Shown piece by piece: positions 1 to 12,708 of a stretch of DNA of 64,000 nucleotides. The stretch is from Escherichia coli (GTDB lineage Bacteria; Pseudomonadota; Gammaproteobacteria; Enterobacterales; Enterobacteriaceae): assembly GCF_003334765.1 (NCBI RefSeq), contig NZ_QOWT01000002.1. One strand, given 5' to 3'. Made by a program: the position numbers and the translations under genes. Each line of letters starts with the position of its first letter. The stretch's first letter is position 1. The notes beneath the pieces are model-generated. The model was not told where the DNA came from, did not search any database, and saw only the letters and a program-made list of their open reading frames with translations.

Positions 1-14
1 TGATTCTCGTGCAT
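1..14 (-). CDS. nuoE: NADH-quinone oxidoreductase subunit E, first 14 nt only (cut by window edge)
   Basis: Reverse complement of 1-14 is ATG CAC GAG AAT CA = M-H-E-N, matching the NuoE N-terminus as I recall it; start lies 2 nt downstream of the nuoC stop codon (17-19) on the minus strand. Confidence 0.5.
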
Positions 15-16
15 AA

Positions 17-1819
17 TTAGCGGTCCACATCTGACATAACAAAATCGATACTGCCCAGATAAACAATCAGGTCAGACACCAGGCTGCCGCGGATCGCCGC
101 CGGAATTTGCTGCAAATGCGCAAAGCTCGGGGTACGAACACGGGTGCGGTAACTCATGGTGCTGCCGTCGCTGGTCAGGTAGTAACTGTTGATCCCTTTG
201 GTCGCCTCAATCATCTGGAAAGATTCATTGGCAGGCATCACCGGACCCCACGACACTTGCAGGAAGTGGGTGATCAGGGTTTCGATATGTTGCAGCGTGC
301 GCTCTTTCGGCGGCGGCGTGGTCAGCGGGTGATCCGCTTTGAACGGGCCTTCCGGCATGTTGTTGAGGCACTGCTCAAGAATGCGCAGACTCTGGCGCAG
401 CTCTTCCACTTTAAGCATTACGCGGGTGTAGCAGTCAGAAACGCCACCACCCACCGGGATTTCAAAGTCGAAGTTTTCATAGCCAGAATAAGGACGCGCC
501 TTACGCACGTCGAAGTCGATCCCGGTAGCACGCAGGCCCGCGCCAGTGGTGCCCCACTCCAGCGCCTCTTTCGCGCCATAGGCGGCAACGCCCTGGGAAC
601 GACCTTTCAGAATGGTGTTTTGCAGCGCCGCTTTCTCGTAAGACGCCAGACGTTTCGGCATCCAGTCGAGGAACTCACGCAGCAGGCGATCCCAGCCGCG
701 CGGCAGGTCGTGCGCTACGCCGCCAATACGGAACCACGCCGGGTGCATACGGAAACCAGTGATTGCTTCCACCAGATCGTAAATTTTCTGACGATCGGTA
801 AAGGCGAAGAACACTGGCGTCATTGCGCCGACGTCCTGAATAAAGGTCGAGATATACAGCAGGTGACTGTTGATGCGGAACAGTTCGGAGAGCATAACGC
901 GAATGACGTTAACGCGATCCGGCACGGTGATCCCGGCCAGTTTCTCTACCGCCAGCACGTAAGGCATTTCGTTAACGCAGCCGCCGAGGTATTCGATACG
1001 GTCAGTATACGGAATGTAGCTGTGCCAGGACTGGCGTTCGCCCATTTTCTCCGCACCACGGTGGTGGTAACCGATGTCTGGTACGCAGTCGACAATCTCT
1101 TCGCCATCGAGTTGCAAAACGATACGGAAAGCCCCGTGCGCCGACGGGTGGTTCGGACCGAGGTTGAGGAACATGAAGTCCTCGTTTTCGGTGCCGCGCT
1201 TCATCCCCCACTCTTCCGGTTTGAAGGTCAGGGCTTCCATCTCCAGATCCTGTTTGGCTTTGGTCAGCTCAAACGGCGAGAATTCGGTAGCGCGCGCCGG
1301 ATAATCTTTACGCAGCGGGTGACCTTTCCAGGTTTGCGGCATCATGATGCGTCGCAGGTTCGGGTGACCGTCGAAAGTAATGCCAAACAGATCCCAGGTT
1401 TCACGCTCATACCAGTTAGCGTTCGGGAACAGTTTGGTGAAGGTCGGTACGTGCAGGTCGTTTTCTGCCAGCGCCACCTTCAGCATGATGTCGCGGTTAC
1501 GATCGATAGAAATCAGATGGTAGAAAACGGAAAAATCCGCGGCAGGTAACCCTTCGCGGTGTGTGCGCAGACGTTCGTCCATGCCGTGTAAGTCAAACAG
1601 CATGACGTAAGGTTTCGGCAGTTTCTTTAAGAAATCGCCAACTTCCAGTAATTGTTCACGCTTGATCCACACAACGGGAACCCCGGTGCGAGTCGCCTGA
1701 ACAGTAAAGGCATCCGGCCCAAAACGGTTGCGCAGTTCGCCAATCACCGGATCATCAAGATGATCGCGGGTCTGCCAGGCGGGTTCTTGCGCGGTTAAGT
1801 CGGTCATATTGTTCACCAT
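17..1819 (-). CDS. nuoC: NADH-quinone oxidoreductase subunit C/D (fused NuoCD)
   Basis: 600-aa ORF; translation matches E. coli NuoCD throughout. The reference start may be the second ATG (MTDLTAQEP..., at 1805-1807), giving 596 aa. Confidence 0.95.
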
Positions 1820-1912
1820 TGCAAATGGTCCGTGGTGACTGTCGGCGCAGTAAGCTTCGCGAAATAGATTTAGGAATAAGCGAAGAAAAATCCCTTTGCC
1901 GACAGGCGCAAA

Positions 1913-2575
1913 TTAAATCTCGTCAGGTGTACGCAGGTTAGTTACGGCAATGCGTTCACCGCGCTTGCGTTCGCGCTCTGATTGCATATTGGCGCGATAA
2001 ACGCCCTGATCGCCAACCACCCAGGAGAGCGGACGACGTTCTTTGCCGATAGATTCCTGCAACAGCATCAGTGCCTGCATGTACGCTTCAGGACGCGGCG
2101 GGCAGCCCGGGATATACACATCAACCGGGATGAATTTATCGACGCCCTGCACAACGGAATAAATATCGTACATACCACCAGAGTTGGCACAGGCACCCAT
2201 TGAGATAACCCATTTTGGTTCCAGCATCTGGTCATACAGACGCTGAATAACCGGTGCCATTTTGGTAAAGCAGGTTCCTGCAACCACCATCAGGTCAGCC
2301 TGACGCGGCGAAGCACGCAATACTTCTGCGCCAAAACGCGCCACGTCATGCACCGCGGTAAACGAAGTCACCATCTCAACGTAACAGCAGGAAAGACCGA
2401 AGTTATACGGCCAAATTGAGTTTTTACGACCCCAGTTAACCATGTCATTGAGCTTGCCCATAAACACGTTTTTGTTAACTTCTTGCTCCAGAGGGTCGGT
2501 TACGATCTCCTGCTTTTGCAGGGGGTAACGGTCGTTCTCACCGTTGGGATCTATGCGGGTGAGCGTATAATCCAT
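1913..2575 (-). CDS. nuoB: NADH-quinone oxidoreductase subunit B
   Basis: 220-aa ORF matching NuoB, with the conserved Fe-S binding CCxxE and GCPP motifs. Confidence 0.96.
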
Positions 2576-2590
2576 CTTAATGCCTCGCGG

Positions 2591-3034
2591 TTAGCGTTGA
2601 CGATTAGCGATACTGTTCGTTTCCGGGTTCATACGCTCGCGGCGTGAACGCGCGGGCGTCCAGTCCAGCGCGCCAATACGCACCAGATAAACCAGACCTG
2701 CCAGTAACACAAAAATAAAAATTGCAGCTTCCACAAAGCCTACCCAGCCGCTTTCGCGGATAGAGGTTGACCATGCGAACAGATACAGCGCTTCAACGTC
2801 GAAGATAACGAAGAACATGGCCACCAGATAAAACTTGGCGGACAGGCGTAAGCGGGCGGAGCCGACCGAGTCGATACCGGATTCAAACGGCACGTTTTTC
2901 GACCTCGCGCGTGCGCGACCGCCTAAAAACCAACCGCCTACCAGCATCAGGCAACACAGGCCAATGGCAACGATAAGAAAGATAGCGAATGCCCAGTGAT
3001 GAGCGATGACTTCAGTGGATGTTGACATACTCAT
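2591..3034 (-). CDS. nuoA: NADH-quinone oxidoreductase subunit A
   Basis: 147-aa hydrophobic ORF matching NuoA; first gene of the nuo operon with a long upstream leader/promoter region. Confidence 0.95.
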
Positions 3035-3581
3035 TGCTTACTCATCAAAAGTAGCGCCAGATTCACTGCTCTTCACGGCAGATGGACGCCACATCGATTC
3101 ATGGGGAGGAATAAAAAAAACCTTACAATCACTGTAGAAATTCTTTTATACAGCTAATTGATGTGGTTTTTTACTCCTTTCTATAACCTTTTGTCAACTT
3201 TAACAAAAGTTTCTTCACATTAGTTTACATAATATCAACACCATTAGCATTTAATGCCCTTTCACCCCAGATCCTTGACGACTCCAGGATAATTAGATGT
3301 TGTTGAATCGTGTCCGTTGTGAAGCAATGGAAAAAATACGGGTCTATTTTGACAGGAATTTGTGTCGATTCCTCCCCCCAAAAGAGAGTATTTTCTTGAT
3401 CTGTGACACGCTTTTGTCATTCCATAACAAAAACGCAGCAACAAATTTACGTATTTTTTAACATCATTGTAGCAGGTGATTTTTTTCAGGCGATTATTTG
3501 TGCGTTCGGGACGTGAATCTCTGGTGGTTGAAAAATGAACAGTTTTGTACGTTCTGCACTATGCGATGAAGGATTTTTACT

Positions 3582-3628
3582 AAAAAAAAGCCGCTGGGGT
3601 TTAAAACACCCCCAGCGGCTCGTTTTTT
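3582..3628. terminator. Bidirectional rho-independent terminator downstream of lrhA
   Basis: A-run 3582-3589, GC-rich hairpin gccgctgggg...ccccagcggc at 3590-3619, T-run 3623-3628; about 37 nt 3' of the lrhA stop. Confidence 0.75.
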
Positions 3629-3664
3629 ACACTATTGTCTCAGGAATTATCTATCGTCCGTCGA

Positions 3665-4606
<942 letters not shown>

Positions 4607-5522
4607 TTATCACTTACTGGCGGCTCATACTGAGCTGGTTAATGCTGTGCACACACAAACAAGCAATTCCATTTGTAATGTGCCTCCCTGGCAGTTTCAT
4701 CCGGAACCCGGACGAAAGTAAAAATGCATATGAGTTGCACTAAAAAAGCGACTCACATTGTTCCGTTATAATGCCTGAAGTAGATCACAGAATATATCTT
4801 CAGGGATCGCATATCTATTAAGTTACTCACTCTTTTCTATTTATGACATGCGCGTGTTTGTATAAATGTAAATGTGAGTCCTTGTTCCACTCTCGTGCAG
4901 CATCGCTGGTCATACGCGAACACGTACCAACAGCAATGGTGAGGCGGCATCAAGAGCAGGGATCCGTCATTTATCCGAGCATTTTACCCCAAAAACCTTT
5001 TATTTATAAGGGTCATTGCGAATTATCTGATGCAAAGTTATGTTATGTTAGGCAAAGTAATCTTCTATTATTAATAAGCACATCAAAACCTTTTTGAATA
5101 TTAAATAATAATTAATTAGCATCATCCTCATTCATTAATTCCGCTTAACAATAGTTTCACACCTTGCCCCCATTGCGACACCTCGGAAATCATCACGCAG
5201 TTAAACTCTCCGTAATGAGGAAATATCATCATCGCGTTTCATTAGTGAATTCTTAAATGAGGCATTTTCACACAATTATCTTACAGATAAAAAAACCAGA
5301 CTTACAATTAAGAATCAGAACAATTCACTATATAACATTGCATGTAAAGCATATACACCTCATTATTTTGTCATTATTAAGTTATTAACAGCACAATCGA
5401 GCCTTCCCCTCTGGCAAAATCTTATTCTGCAGACCTTCAAAACACCGTCCTGGGGGAGTACATTGTTCTAAGCTGACTTCCACGGCAGGGAGTGGCGATA
5501 ACAGCAAAAAAGGTCAAGATTC

Positions 5523-6740
5523 ATGTCCCCCATTGAAAAATCCAGCAAATTAGAGAATGTCTGTTATGACATCCGTGGTCCGGTGCTGAAAGAAGCAAAA
5601 CGCCTGGAAGAAGAAGGTAACAAGGTACTGAAACTGAACATCGGCAACCCAGCCCCGTTCGGTTTTGACGCGCCAGATGAAATCCTCGTTGACGTGATAC
5701 GCAACCTGCCTACCGCTCAAGGGTATTGCGATTCCAAAGGTCTTTACTCCGCGCGTAAAGCCATCATGCAGCACTACCAGGCTCGTGGCATGCGTGATGT
5801 TACCGTGGAAGATATTTACATCGGCAATGGTGTATCGGAGCTTATCGTTCAGGCAATGCAGGCATTGCTGAACAGCGGGGACGAAATGTTGGTTCCTGCA
5901 CCAGATTACCCACTCTGGACCGCGGCGGTTTCGCTTTCCAGCGGTAAAGCGGTGCATTATCTTTGCGATGAATCCTCTGACTGGTTCCCGGACCTCGATG
6001 ATATTCGCGCTAAAATTACGCCTCGTACGCGTGGGATCGTTATTATCAACCCAAATAACCCAACCGGCGCGGTATATTCCAAAGAGCTTTTAATGGAGAT
6101 TGTGGAGATTGCACGTCAGCATAATCTCATTATCTTCGCCGATGAAATTTATGACAAAATTCTCTACGACGACGCTGAGCATCACTCAATTGCGCCGCTG
6201 GCACCTGACCTGCTGACCATTACCTTTAACGGACTGTCGAAAACGTACCGCGTTGCAGGCTTCCGTCAGGGGTGGATGGTGTTGAACGGGCCGAAAAAAC
6301 ACGCCAAAGGCTACATCGAAGGTCTGGAAATGCTGGCTTCAATGCGCCTGTGTGCTAACGTTCCTGCGCAACACGCCATTCAGACCGCGCTAGGTGGTTA
6401 TCAGAGCATCAGTGAATTTATTACCCCTGGCGGTCGTCTTTATGAGCAGCGTAACCGCGCGTGGGAACTGATCAACGATATTCCGGGCGTTTCCTGCGTG
6501 AAACCTCGTGGTGCGCTGTATATGTTCCCGAAAATCGACGCCAAACGCTTTAACATTCACGACGATCAGAAAATGGTGCTGGATTTCCTGTTGCAGGAAA
6601 AAGTTCTGTTGGTGCAAGGGACGGCATTCAACTGGCCGTGGCCGGATCACTTCCGCATTGTCACGCTACCGCGTGTCGATGATATCGAGCTGTCTTTGAG
6701 CAAGTTCGCGCGTTTCCTTTCTGGTTATCATCAGCTGTAA
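5523..6740 (+). CDS. alaA: Glutamate-pyruvate aminotransferase AlaA (PLP-dependent, class I aminotransferase)
   Basis: 405-aa ORF matching AlaA/YfbQ; contains the class I aminotransferase SKTY lysine motif. Confidence 0.95.
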   Translation: MSPIEKSSKLENVCYDIRGPVLKEAKRLEEEGNKVLKLNIGNPAPFGFDAPDEILVDVIRNLPTAQGYCDSKGLYSARKAIMQHYQARGMRDVTVEDIYIGNGVSELIVQAMQALLNSGDEMLVPAPDYPLWTAAVSLSSGKAVHYLCDESSDWFPDLDDIRAKITPRTRGIVIINPNNPTGAVYSKELLMEIVEIARQHNLIIFADEIYDKILYDDAEHHSIAPLAPDLLTITFNGLSKTYRVAGFRQGWMVLNGPKKHAKGYIEGLEMLASMRLCANVPAQHAIQTALGGYQSISEFITPGGRLYEQRNRAWELINDIPGVSCVKPRGALYMFPKIDAKRFNIHDDQKMVLDFLLQEKVLLVQGTAFNWPWPDHFRIVTLPRVDDIELSLSKFARFLSGYHQL

Positions 6741-6752
6741 TCTTAATTTCAC

Positions 6753-6775
6753 TGCCGGAGATTGCATCCGGCAGC
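6753..6775 (+). terminator. Possible stem-loop terminator after alaA (weak U-tract)
   Basis: Inverted repeat ctgccgga/tccggcag with a 7-nt loop immediately 3' of the alaA stop; no clear T-run follows. Confidence 0.35.
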
Positions 6776-6823
6776 GTTATCCCGCCACAATGACCTGATG
6801 ATGTCATCATACGTAAGGTCACT

Positions 6824-7423
6824 ATGAAACAGAGCCATTTTTTTGCCCATCTCTCCCGCCTGAAACTCATTAACCGCTGGCCGCTCATGCGCAACGTGCG
6901 GACGGAAAATGTGTCCGAACACAGTTTGCAGGTAGCGATGGTCGCCCATGCGCTGGCAGCTATCAAAAATCGAAAATTTGGCGGTAATGTCAACGCCGAA
7001 CGTATCGCTTTACTGGCGATGTACCACGATGCCTCAGAAGTGCTCACCGGCGATCTCCCTACTCCGGTGAAATACTTCAATTCGCAAATCGCTCAGGAGT
7101 ACAAGGCTATTGAAAAAATCGCTCAGCAAAAACTGGTCGATATGGTTCCGGAAGAGCTGCGGGATATCTTTGCGCCGTTAATTGACGAGCATGCATATAG
7201 CGATGAAGAAAAATCGCTGGTGAAACAGGCAGATGCACTGTGTGCATATCTGAAATGTCTGGAAGAACTCGCGGCCGGAAATAATGAATTCTTGCTGGCA
7301 AAAACGCGACTGGAAGCGACGCTTGAAGCGCGTCGCAGCCAGGAGATGGACTACTTCATGGAAATATTTGTTCCCAGCTTCCATCTTTCGCTCGATGAGA
7401 TTAGCCAGGATTCACCGCTGTAA
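6824..7423 (+). CDS. yfbR: 5'-deoxynucleotidase YfbR (HD-domain)
   Basis: 199-aa ORF matching YfbR; HD-domain His/Asp residues present. Confidence 0.95.
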   Translation: MKQSHFFAHLSRLKLINRWPLMRNVRTENVSEHSLQVAMVAHALAAIKNRKFGGNVNAERIALLAMYHDASEVLTGDLPTPVKYFNSQIAQEYKAIEKIAQQKLVDMVPEELRDIFAPLIDEHAYSDEEKSLVKQADALCAYLKCLEELAAGNNEFLLAKTRLEATLEARRSQEMDYFMEIFVPSFHLSLDEISQDSPL

Positions 7424-7439
7424 GCAGCCGGAGTCTGCG

Positions 7440-7482
7440 TCGCATCAGGCAATAAGCGCCGGATGCGACATCAGGCTCTTGT
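7440..7482. repeat. REP-like palindromic element between convergent yfbR and yfbS
   Basis: gcgtcgcatcaggc...gccggatgcgacatcaggc resembles the REP consensus and forms a stem (gtcgcatc/gatgcgac). Confidence 0.55.
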
Positions 7483-9314
7483 CAAAACGGAAACAGCATC
7501 GGGATCATCACCACACAAACCGCCATCACGATAATGGTGAACGGTACCCCCAACTTCACAAAGTCACTGAAGCTGTAATTTCCCGGACCTAAAACCAGTG
7601 TGTTAACAGGTGAAGAAACCGGTGTCATAAAGGCGGCGGATGCTGCCATCGCCACGACCATCGCGAATGGATAAGGCGACACCCCCATCGTTTTGGCAGC
7701 AGCCAGCGCAATCGGAGCCATCAACACCGCCGTCGCGGTATTAGAGATAAATAGCCCAATAACCGCCGACAAGACAAACAAACACCCCAGCATCATATGT
7801 GGCCCGTAACCACCGCCAATGTCCATCAGCCCTTTCACCGCCAGCGCGACACCTCCCGTTTTCTGTAATGCCACAGCAAACGGCATCATCCCAACGATCA
7901 AAATAATGCTTGGCCAGTGAATGGATTTATAGGCGCTTTCAGCATCTATACAGCGGAATTTCCCCATCAGCAGGCAGGCGATGATAGCGGCAACAGGATT
8001 AGGAATTTCATCTGTCAGCATTAACGCCACCATTAGCACCAGACAGAAAATGGCATGGGGTGCCTGGCTGTGCGCGGGTGATGCTTCACTCACCTCTTCC
8101 GGTAAGTTCAGCGCTACGAAGTCGCGGCCCTGTTTGGCCAGCATACCGATCAGTTTCCAGTTACCCACAACCAGGATGATATCGCCCAGCAGCAGAGGCT
8201 CATCCGCCAGCGAACCTTCCAGCGCCACGCCATTGCGCTTTAGCCCCACCACATTCAGTCCGTAGCGGGTACGAAAACCAATTTCGCGCACCGATTTACC
8301 AATCAGTTCTGACTCAGGAATTAATGAAATCTCTGCCATGCCCACATCAAGGGCCTGGTCAGAAAAATACTCGCCGCGCAGTACCATCGGCTCCAGCAAT
8401 TGCTCACTACAAAATTGCCGGAGATCGACATCAGCCGCAGACATATCAATAAGCAAAACGTCACGCGCGCGAAATTCAGAAACCCCATTAACGTTCACGA
8501 TAACGCGACGAAAACGCCGCCAGCGTTCAACACCGATGACGTTAGCGCCATAACGCTCACGTAATTTGAGATCATCCAGCCGTTGACCAATCATTGGCGA
8601 TCCGGGGCGAATAGCCAGACGTCGCGCACGCCCGGTCAGTCGATATTCACGGATAAGATCGCGAAAGGTTCGACGCGTCCAGCCTTCGCGCTGCGGGGTC
8701 TGGGTATCCCCTTTCAGCATGAAACGCATCACTAACATATACAAAATACCCAGCACCAGCACGACCAGGCCAATAGGTGTTACGCTAAAGAAACTGAAGC
8801 CGTGATAGCCTTCACGCAGCAATTCACTGTTGACTACCAGGTTCGGCGGCGTCGCCACCAGCGTCATCATGCCGCTAATCAGCCCGGCAAAACTTAACGG
8901 CATCATCAGACGTGACGGCGACGTTTGCATACGCATGGCAACGCTTAACACCACGGGAATAAAGATAGCGACAACGCCGGTTGAACTCATAAACGCGCCA
9001 AGCCCCGCGACGGTCAGCATCAACAAAACCAACATTTTGATTTCACTATTGCCCGCAACTTTGACCAGCCATGTTCCCATTACGGTGGCAACACCGGTAC
9101 GGACCAAACCATCGCCAATAATAAACAAGGCGGCAATCAGGACAACGTTAGGATCAGAAAAGCCGGAAAATACTTCTGGGACTGTCAGCGTTCCGCTTAA
9201 TGCAAACGCGACAATAACAAACAAAGCGACCGCATCCATACGCACTCTGCCCGTCGCAAACAAGACGATGGCAACGGCCAGTAATGAAAGAACCCAAATC
9301 AATTCACCGTTCAC
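7482..9314 (-). CDS. yfbS: Putative anion transporter YfbS (two membrane halves flanking tandem TrkA-C/RCK_C-like cytoplasmic domains)
   Basis: 610-aa ORF matching YfbS; hydrophobic N- and C-terminal blocks with a charged central region; start codon is GTG in this reading. Confidence 0.92.
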
Positions 9315-9356
9315 AACTTATCCTTGTTAATTGAGGGGGATGACTTGATTCTGCCA

Positions 9357-9381
9357 TAAAAAAGCCCCGACGAGACGGGGC
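9357..9381 (-). terminator. Rho-independent terminator downstream of yfbT
   Basis: Hairpin gccccgacgagacggggc at 9364-9381, followed on the minus strand by a U-run (A-run 9358-9363 on plus). Confidence 0.7.
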
Positions 9382-9400
9382 TAAATCATGATCAGGTGTT

Positions 9401-10051
9401 TCACTGAATAATAACATCGCCATTTGGCTGTTTGGTCACAGTAATTTGCTCCAGACTGTGGAGGACCAAATCGACCTCATTCAGGCGCGGGGTATCTGCC
9501 GGAGCGTTAACCGCAATGACATGACAACCCGCCGCCAGGCCAGAAAGCACGCCAGCGGGAGCATCTTCCACCACCACACACTCCTGCGGCGCAAGCCCCA
9601 GCAGCTGCGCGCCTAACAGATACGCATCAGGTTCTGGTTTTCCGCGCTTCACTCGCTCAGCGGTTACAAACACCTCTGGTGCGGGAAGCCCAGCTATTTT
9701 ATGGCGCGCTCGCGCTACCGGCATGGAGCCAGAAGTCACAATGGCCCACGGAATACCTGCTTTATTCAAATGACTGAGTAAGGCGATTGCCCCCGGAAGC
9801 GCGGTAATACCTTCGGTTTCCGTGGCCTCGATGTGCTCCAGACGCGTAAACTCGGCGGCAATATCAGCCTCGGATTTGCCCGCCATAAAATGGCGCAGAG
9901 AGGTGATCGCCTGTTTACCGTGAATGAAAGCCAGCACCTCTTCCGGCGCTAACCCATGACGTCTGGCCCAGTTGCTCCACGCCCGTTCTACCGCAGGCAG
10001 GGAATCCACCAGCGTTCCATCAAGATCAAACAGAAAACCTTTGCACCGCAC
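9401..10051 (-). CDS. hxpA: Sugar-phosphate phosphatase HxpA/YfbT (HAD superfamily)
   Basis: ORF matches YfbT; HAD motif DxDGTLVDS near the N-terminus. The ORF extends to an ATG at 10067-10069 (222 aa); the reference-like 216-aa form would start at the GTG at 10049-10051. Confidence 0.9.
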   Translation of the reverse strand: MRCKGFLFDLDGTLVDSLPAVERAWSNWARRHGLAPEEVLAFIHGKQAITSLRHFMAGKSEADIAAEFTRLEHIEATETEGITALPGAIALLSHLNKAGIPWAIVTSGSMPVARARHKIAGLPAPEVFVTAERVKRGKPEPDAYLLGAQLLGLAPQECVVVEDAPAGVLSGLAAGCHVIAVNAPADTPRLNEVDLVLHSLEQITVTKQPNGDVIIQ

Positions 10052-10061
10052 GCGGGCCTCC

Positions 10062-10634
<573 letters not shown>

Positions 10635-10638
10635 TCAA

Positions 10639-11094
10639 TTACAAATCATCAAGGAAAGTTTTATCCAGTTGTTTGAAGGCGCGCTTAAGCGTGTCAGCTA
10701 ATGCCTGGTAATCAGGCTTGCCTTCAACGGGTGCCAACACCTGTCCAGACTCCTGCAATTTACCGCGAACTTCATAAAACCAGTTAAGGATTGCAGGGGG
10801 TAATGGCGTGACAGAACGCTTGCCCAGCCACCACAATCCCTGCATGGGTAAACTTAAGGCGAACAGGGCAGTGGCAACTGCCGGCCCAAGCTGACCGCCC
10901 AGGGCAATCTGCCAGCAGAGAGTAAATACGGCGATCGGCGGCATAAAACGGATCGCATAACGCGTCATCTTGATAACGCGATTTTCGACAAAGACCGGGG
11001 CAAGGCGTTTTTCCAGCGGCCACGTCTTTGAGTAATGCTGTCCCCGGCGAAACAAGCTAAAAAAATTAACAGAACGATTATCCGGCGTTGACAT
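10639..11094 (-). CDS. yfbV: UPF0208 inner-membrane protein YfbV
   Basis: 151-aa ORF matching YfbV; two predicted transmembrane segments. Confidence 0.92.
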
Positions 11095-11431
11095 GCTTCA
11101 CCTCAACTTCACATATAAAGATTCAAAAATTTGTGCAAATTCACAACTCAGCGGGACAACGTTCAAAACATTTTGTCTTCCATACCCACTATCAGGTATC
11201 CTTTAGCAGCCTGAAGGCCTAAGTAGTACATATTCATTGAGTCGTCAAATTCATATACATTATGCCATTGGCTGAAAATTACGCAAAATGGCATAGACTC
11301 AAGATATTTCTTCCATCATGCAAAAAAAATTTGCAGTGCATGATGTTAATCATAAATGTCGGTGTCATCATGCGCTACGCTCTATGGCTCCCTGACGTTT
11401 TTTTAGCCACGTATCAATTATAGGTACTTCC

Positions 11432-12634
11432 ATGTCGAGTAAGTTAGTACTGGTTCTGAACTGCGGTAGTTCTTCACTGAAATTTGCCATCATCGATGCA
11501 GTAAATGGTGAAGAGTACCTTTCTGGTTTAGCCGAATGTTTCCACCTGCCCGAAGCACGTATCAAATGGAAAATGGACGGCAATAAACAGGAAGCGGCTT
11601 TAGGTGCAGGCGCCGCTCACAGCGAAGCGCTCAACTTTATCGTTAATACTATTCTGGCACAAAAACCAGAACTGTCTGCGCAGCTGACTGCTATCGGTCA
11701 CCGTATCGTACACGGCGGCGAAAAGTATACCAGCTCCGTAGTGATCGATGAGTCTGTTATTCAGGGTATCAAAGATGCAGCTTCTTTTGCACCGCTGCAC
11801 AACCCGGCTCACCTGATCGGTATCGAAGAAGCTCTGAAATCTTTCCCACAGCTGAAAGACAAAAACGTTGCTGTATTTGACACCGCGTTCCACCAGACTA
11901 TGCCGGAAGAGTCTTACCTCTACGCCCTGCCTTACAACCTGTACAAAGAGCACGGCATCCGTCGTTACGGCGCGCACGGCACCAGCCACTTCTATGTAAC
12001 CCAGGAAGCGGCAAAAATGCTGAACAAACCGGTAGAAGAACTGAACATCATCACCTGCCACCTGGGCAACGGTGGTTCCGTTTCTGCTATCCGCAACGGT
12101 AAATGCGTTGACACCTCTATGGGCCTGACCCCGCTGGAAGGTCTGGTCATGGGTACCCGTTCTGGTGATATCGATCCGGCGATCATCTTCCACCTGCACG
12201 ACACCCTGGGCATGAGCGTTGACGCAATCAACAAACTGCTGACCAAAGAGTCTGGCCTGCTGGGTCTGACCGAAGTGACCAGCGACTGCCGCTATGTTGA
12301 AGACAACTACGCGACGAAAGAAGACGCGAAGCGCGCAATGGACGTTTACTGCCACCGCCTGGCGAAATACATCGGTGCCTACACTGCGCTGATGGATGGT
12401 CGTCTGGACGCTGTTGTATTCACTGGTGGTATCGGTGAAAATGCCGCAATGGTTCGTGAACTGTCTCTGGGCAAACTGGGCGTGCTGGGCTTTGAAGTTG
12501 ATCATGAACGCAACCTGGCTGCACGTTTCGGCAAATCTGGTTTCATCAACAAAGAAGGTACCCGTCCTGCGGTGGTTATCCCAACCAACGAAGAACTGGT
12601 TATCGCGCAAGACGCGAGCCGCCTGACTGCCTGA
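11432..12634 (+). CDS. ackA: Acetate kinase
   Basis: 400-aa ORF matching AckA ([20 protein letters not shown]...). Confidence 0.97.
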   Translation: MSSKLVLVLNCGSSSLKFAIIDAVNGEEYLSGLAECFHLPEARIKWKMDGNKQEAALGAGAAHSEALNFIVNTILAQKPELSAQLTAIGHRIVHGGEKYTSSVVIDESVIQGIKDAASFAPLHNPAHLIGIEEALKSFPQLKDKNVAVFDTAFHQTMPEESYLYALPYNLYKEHGIRRYGAHGTSHFYVTQEAAKMLNKPVEELNIITCHLGNGGSVSAIRNGKCVDTSMGLTPLEGLVMGTRSGDIDPAIIFHLHDTLGMSVDAINKLLTKESGLLGLTEVTSDCRYVEDNYATKEDAKRAMDVYCHRLAKYIGAYTALMDGRLDAVVFTGGIGENAAMVRELSLGKLGVLGFEVDHERNLAARFGKSGFINKEGTRPAVVIPTNEELVIAQDASRLTA

Positions 12635-12708
12635 TTTCACACCGCCAGCTCAGCTGGCGGTGCTGTTTTGTAACCCGCCAAATCGGCGGTAACGAAAGAG
12701 GATAAACC

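Noticed and set aside
107-1549. 480-aa ORF on the plus strand antisense to nuoC
   Set aside because: Same artefact: Arg/His-rich antisense frame of a highly expressed gene; NuoCD on the minus strand is unambiguous.
4843-5097. 84-aa ORF in the lrhA-alaA intergenic region
   Set aside because: No Shine-Dalgarno-like sequence upstream, no recognisable sequence; lies in AT-rich promoter/leader DNA where random ORFs of this size are expected. Retained only as part of the intergenic-region finding.
11600-12640. 346-aa ORF antisense to ackA
   Set aside because: Antisense shadow ORF; ackA identification is secure.
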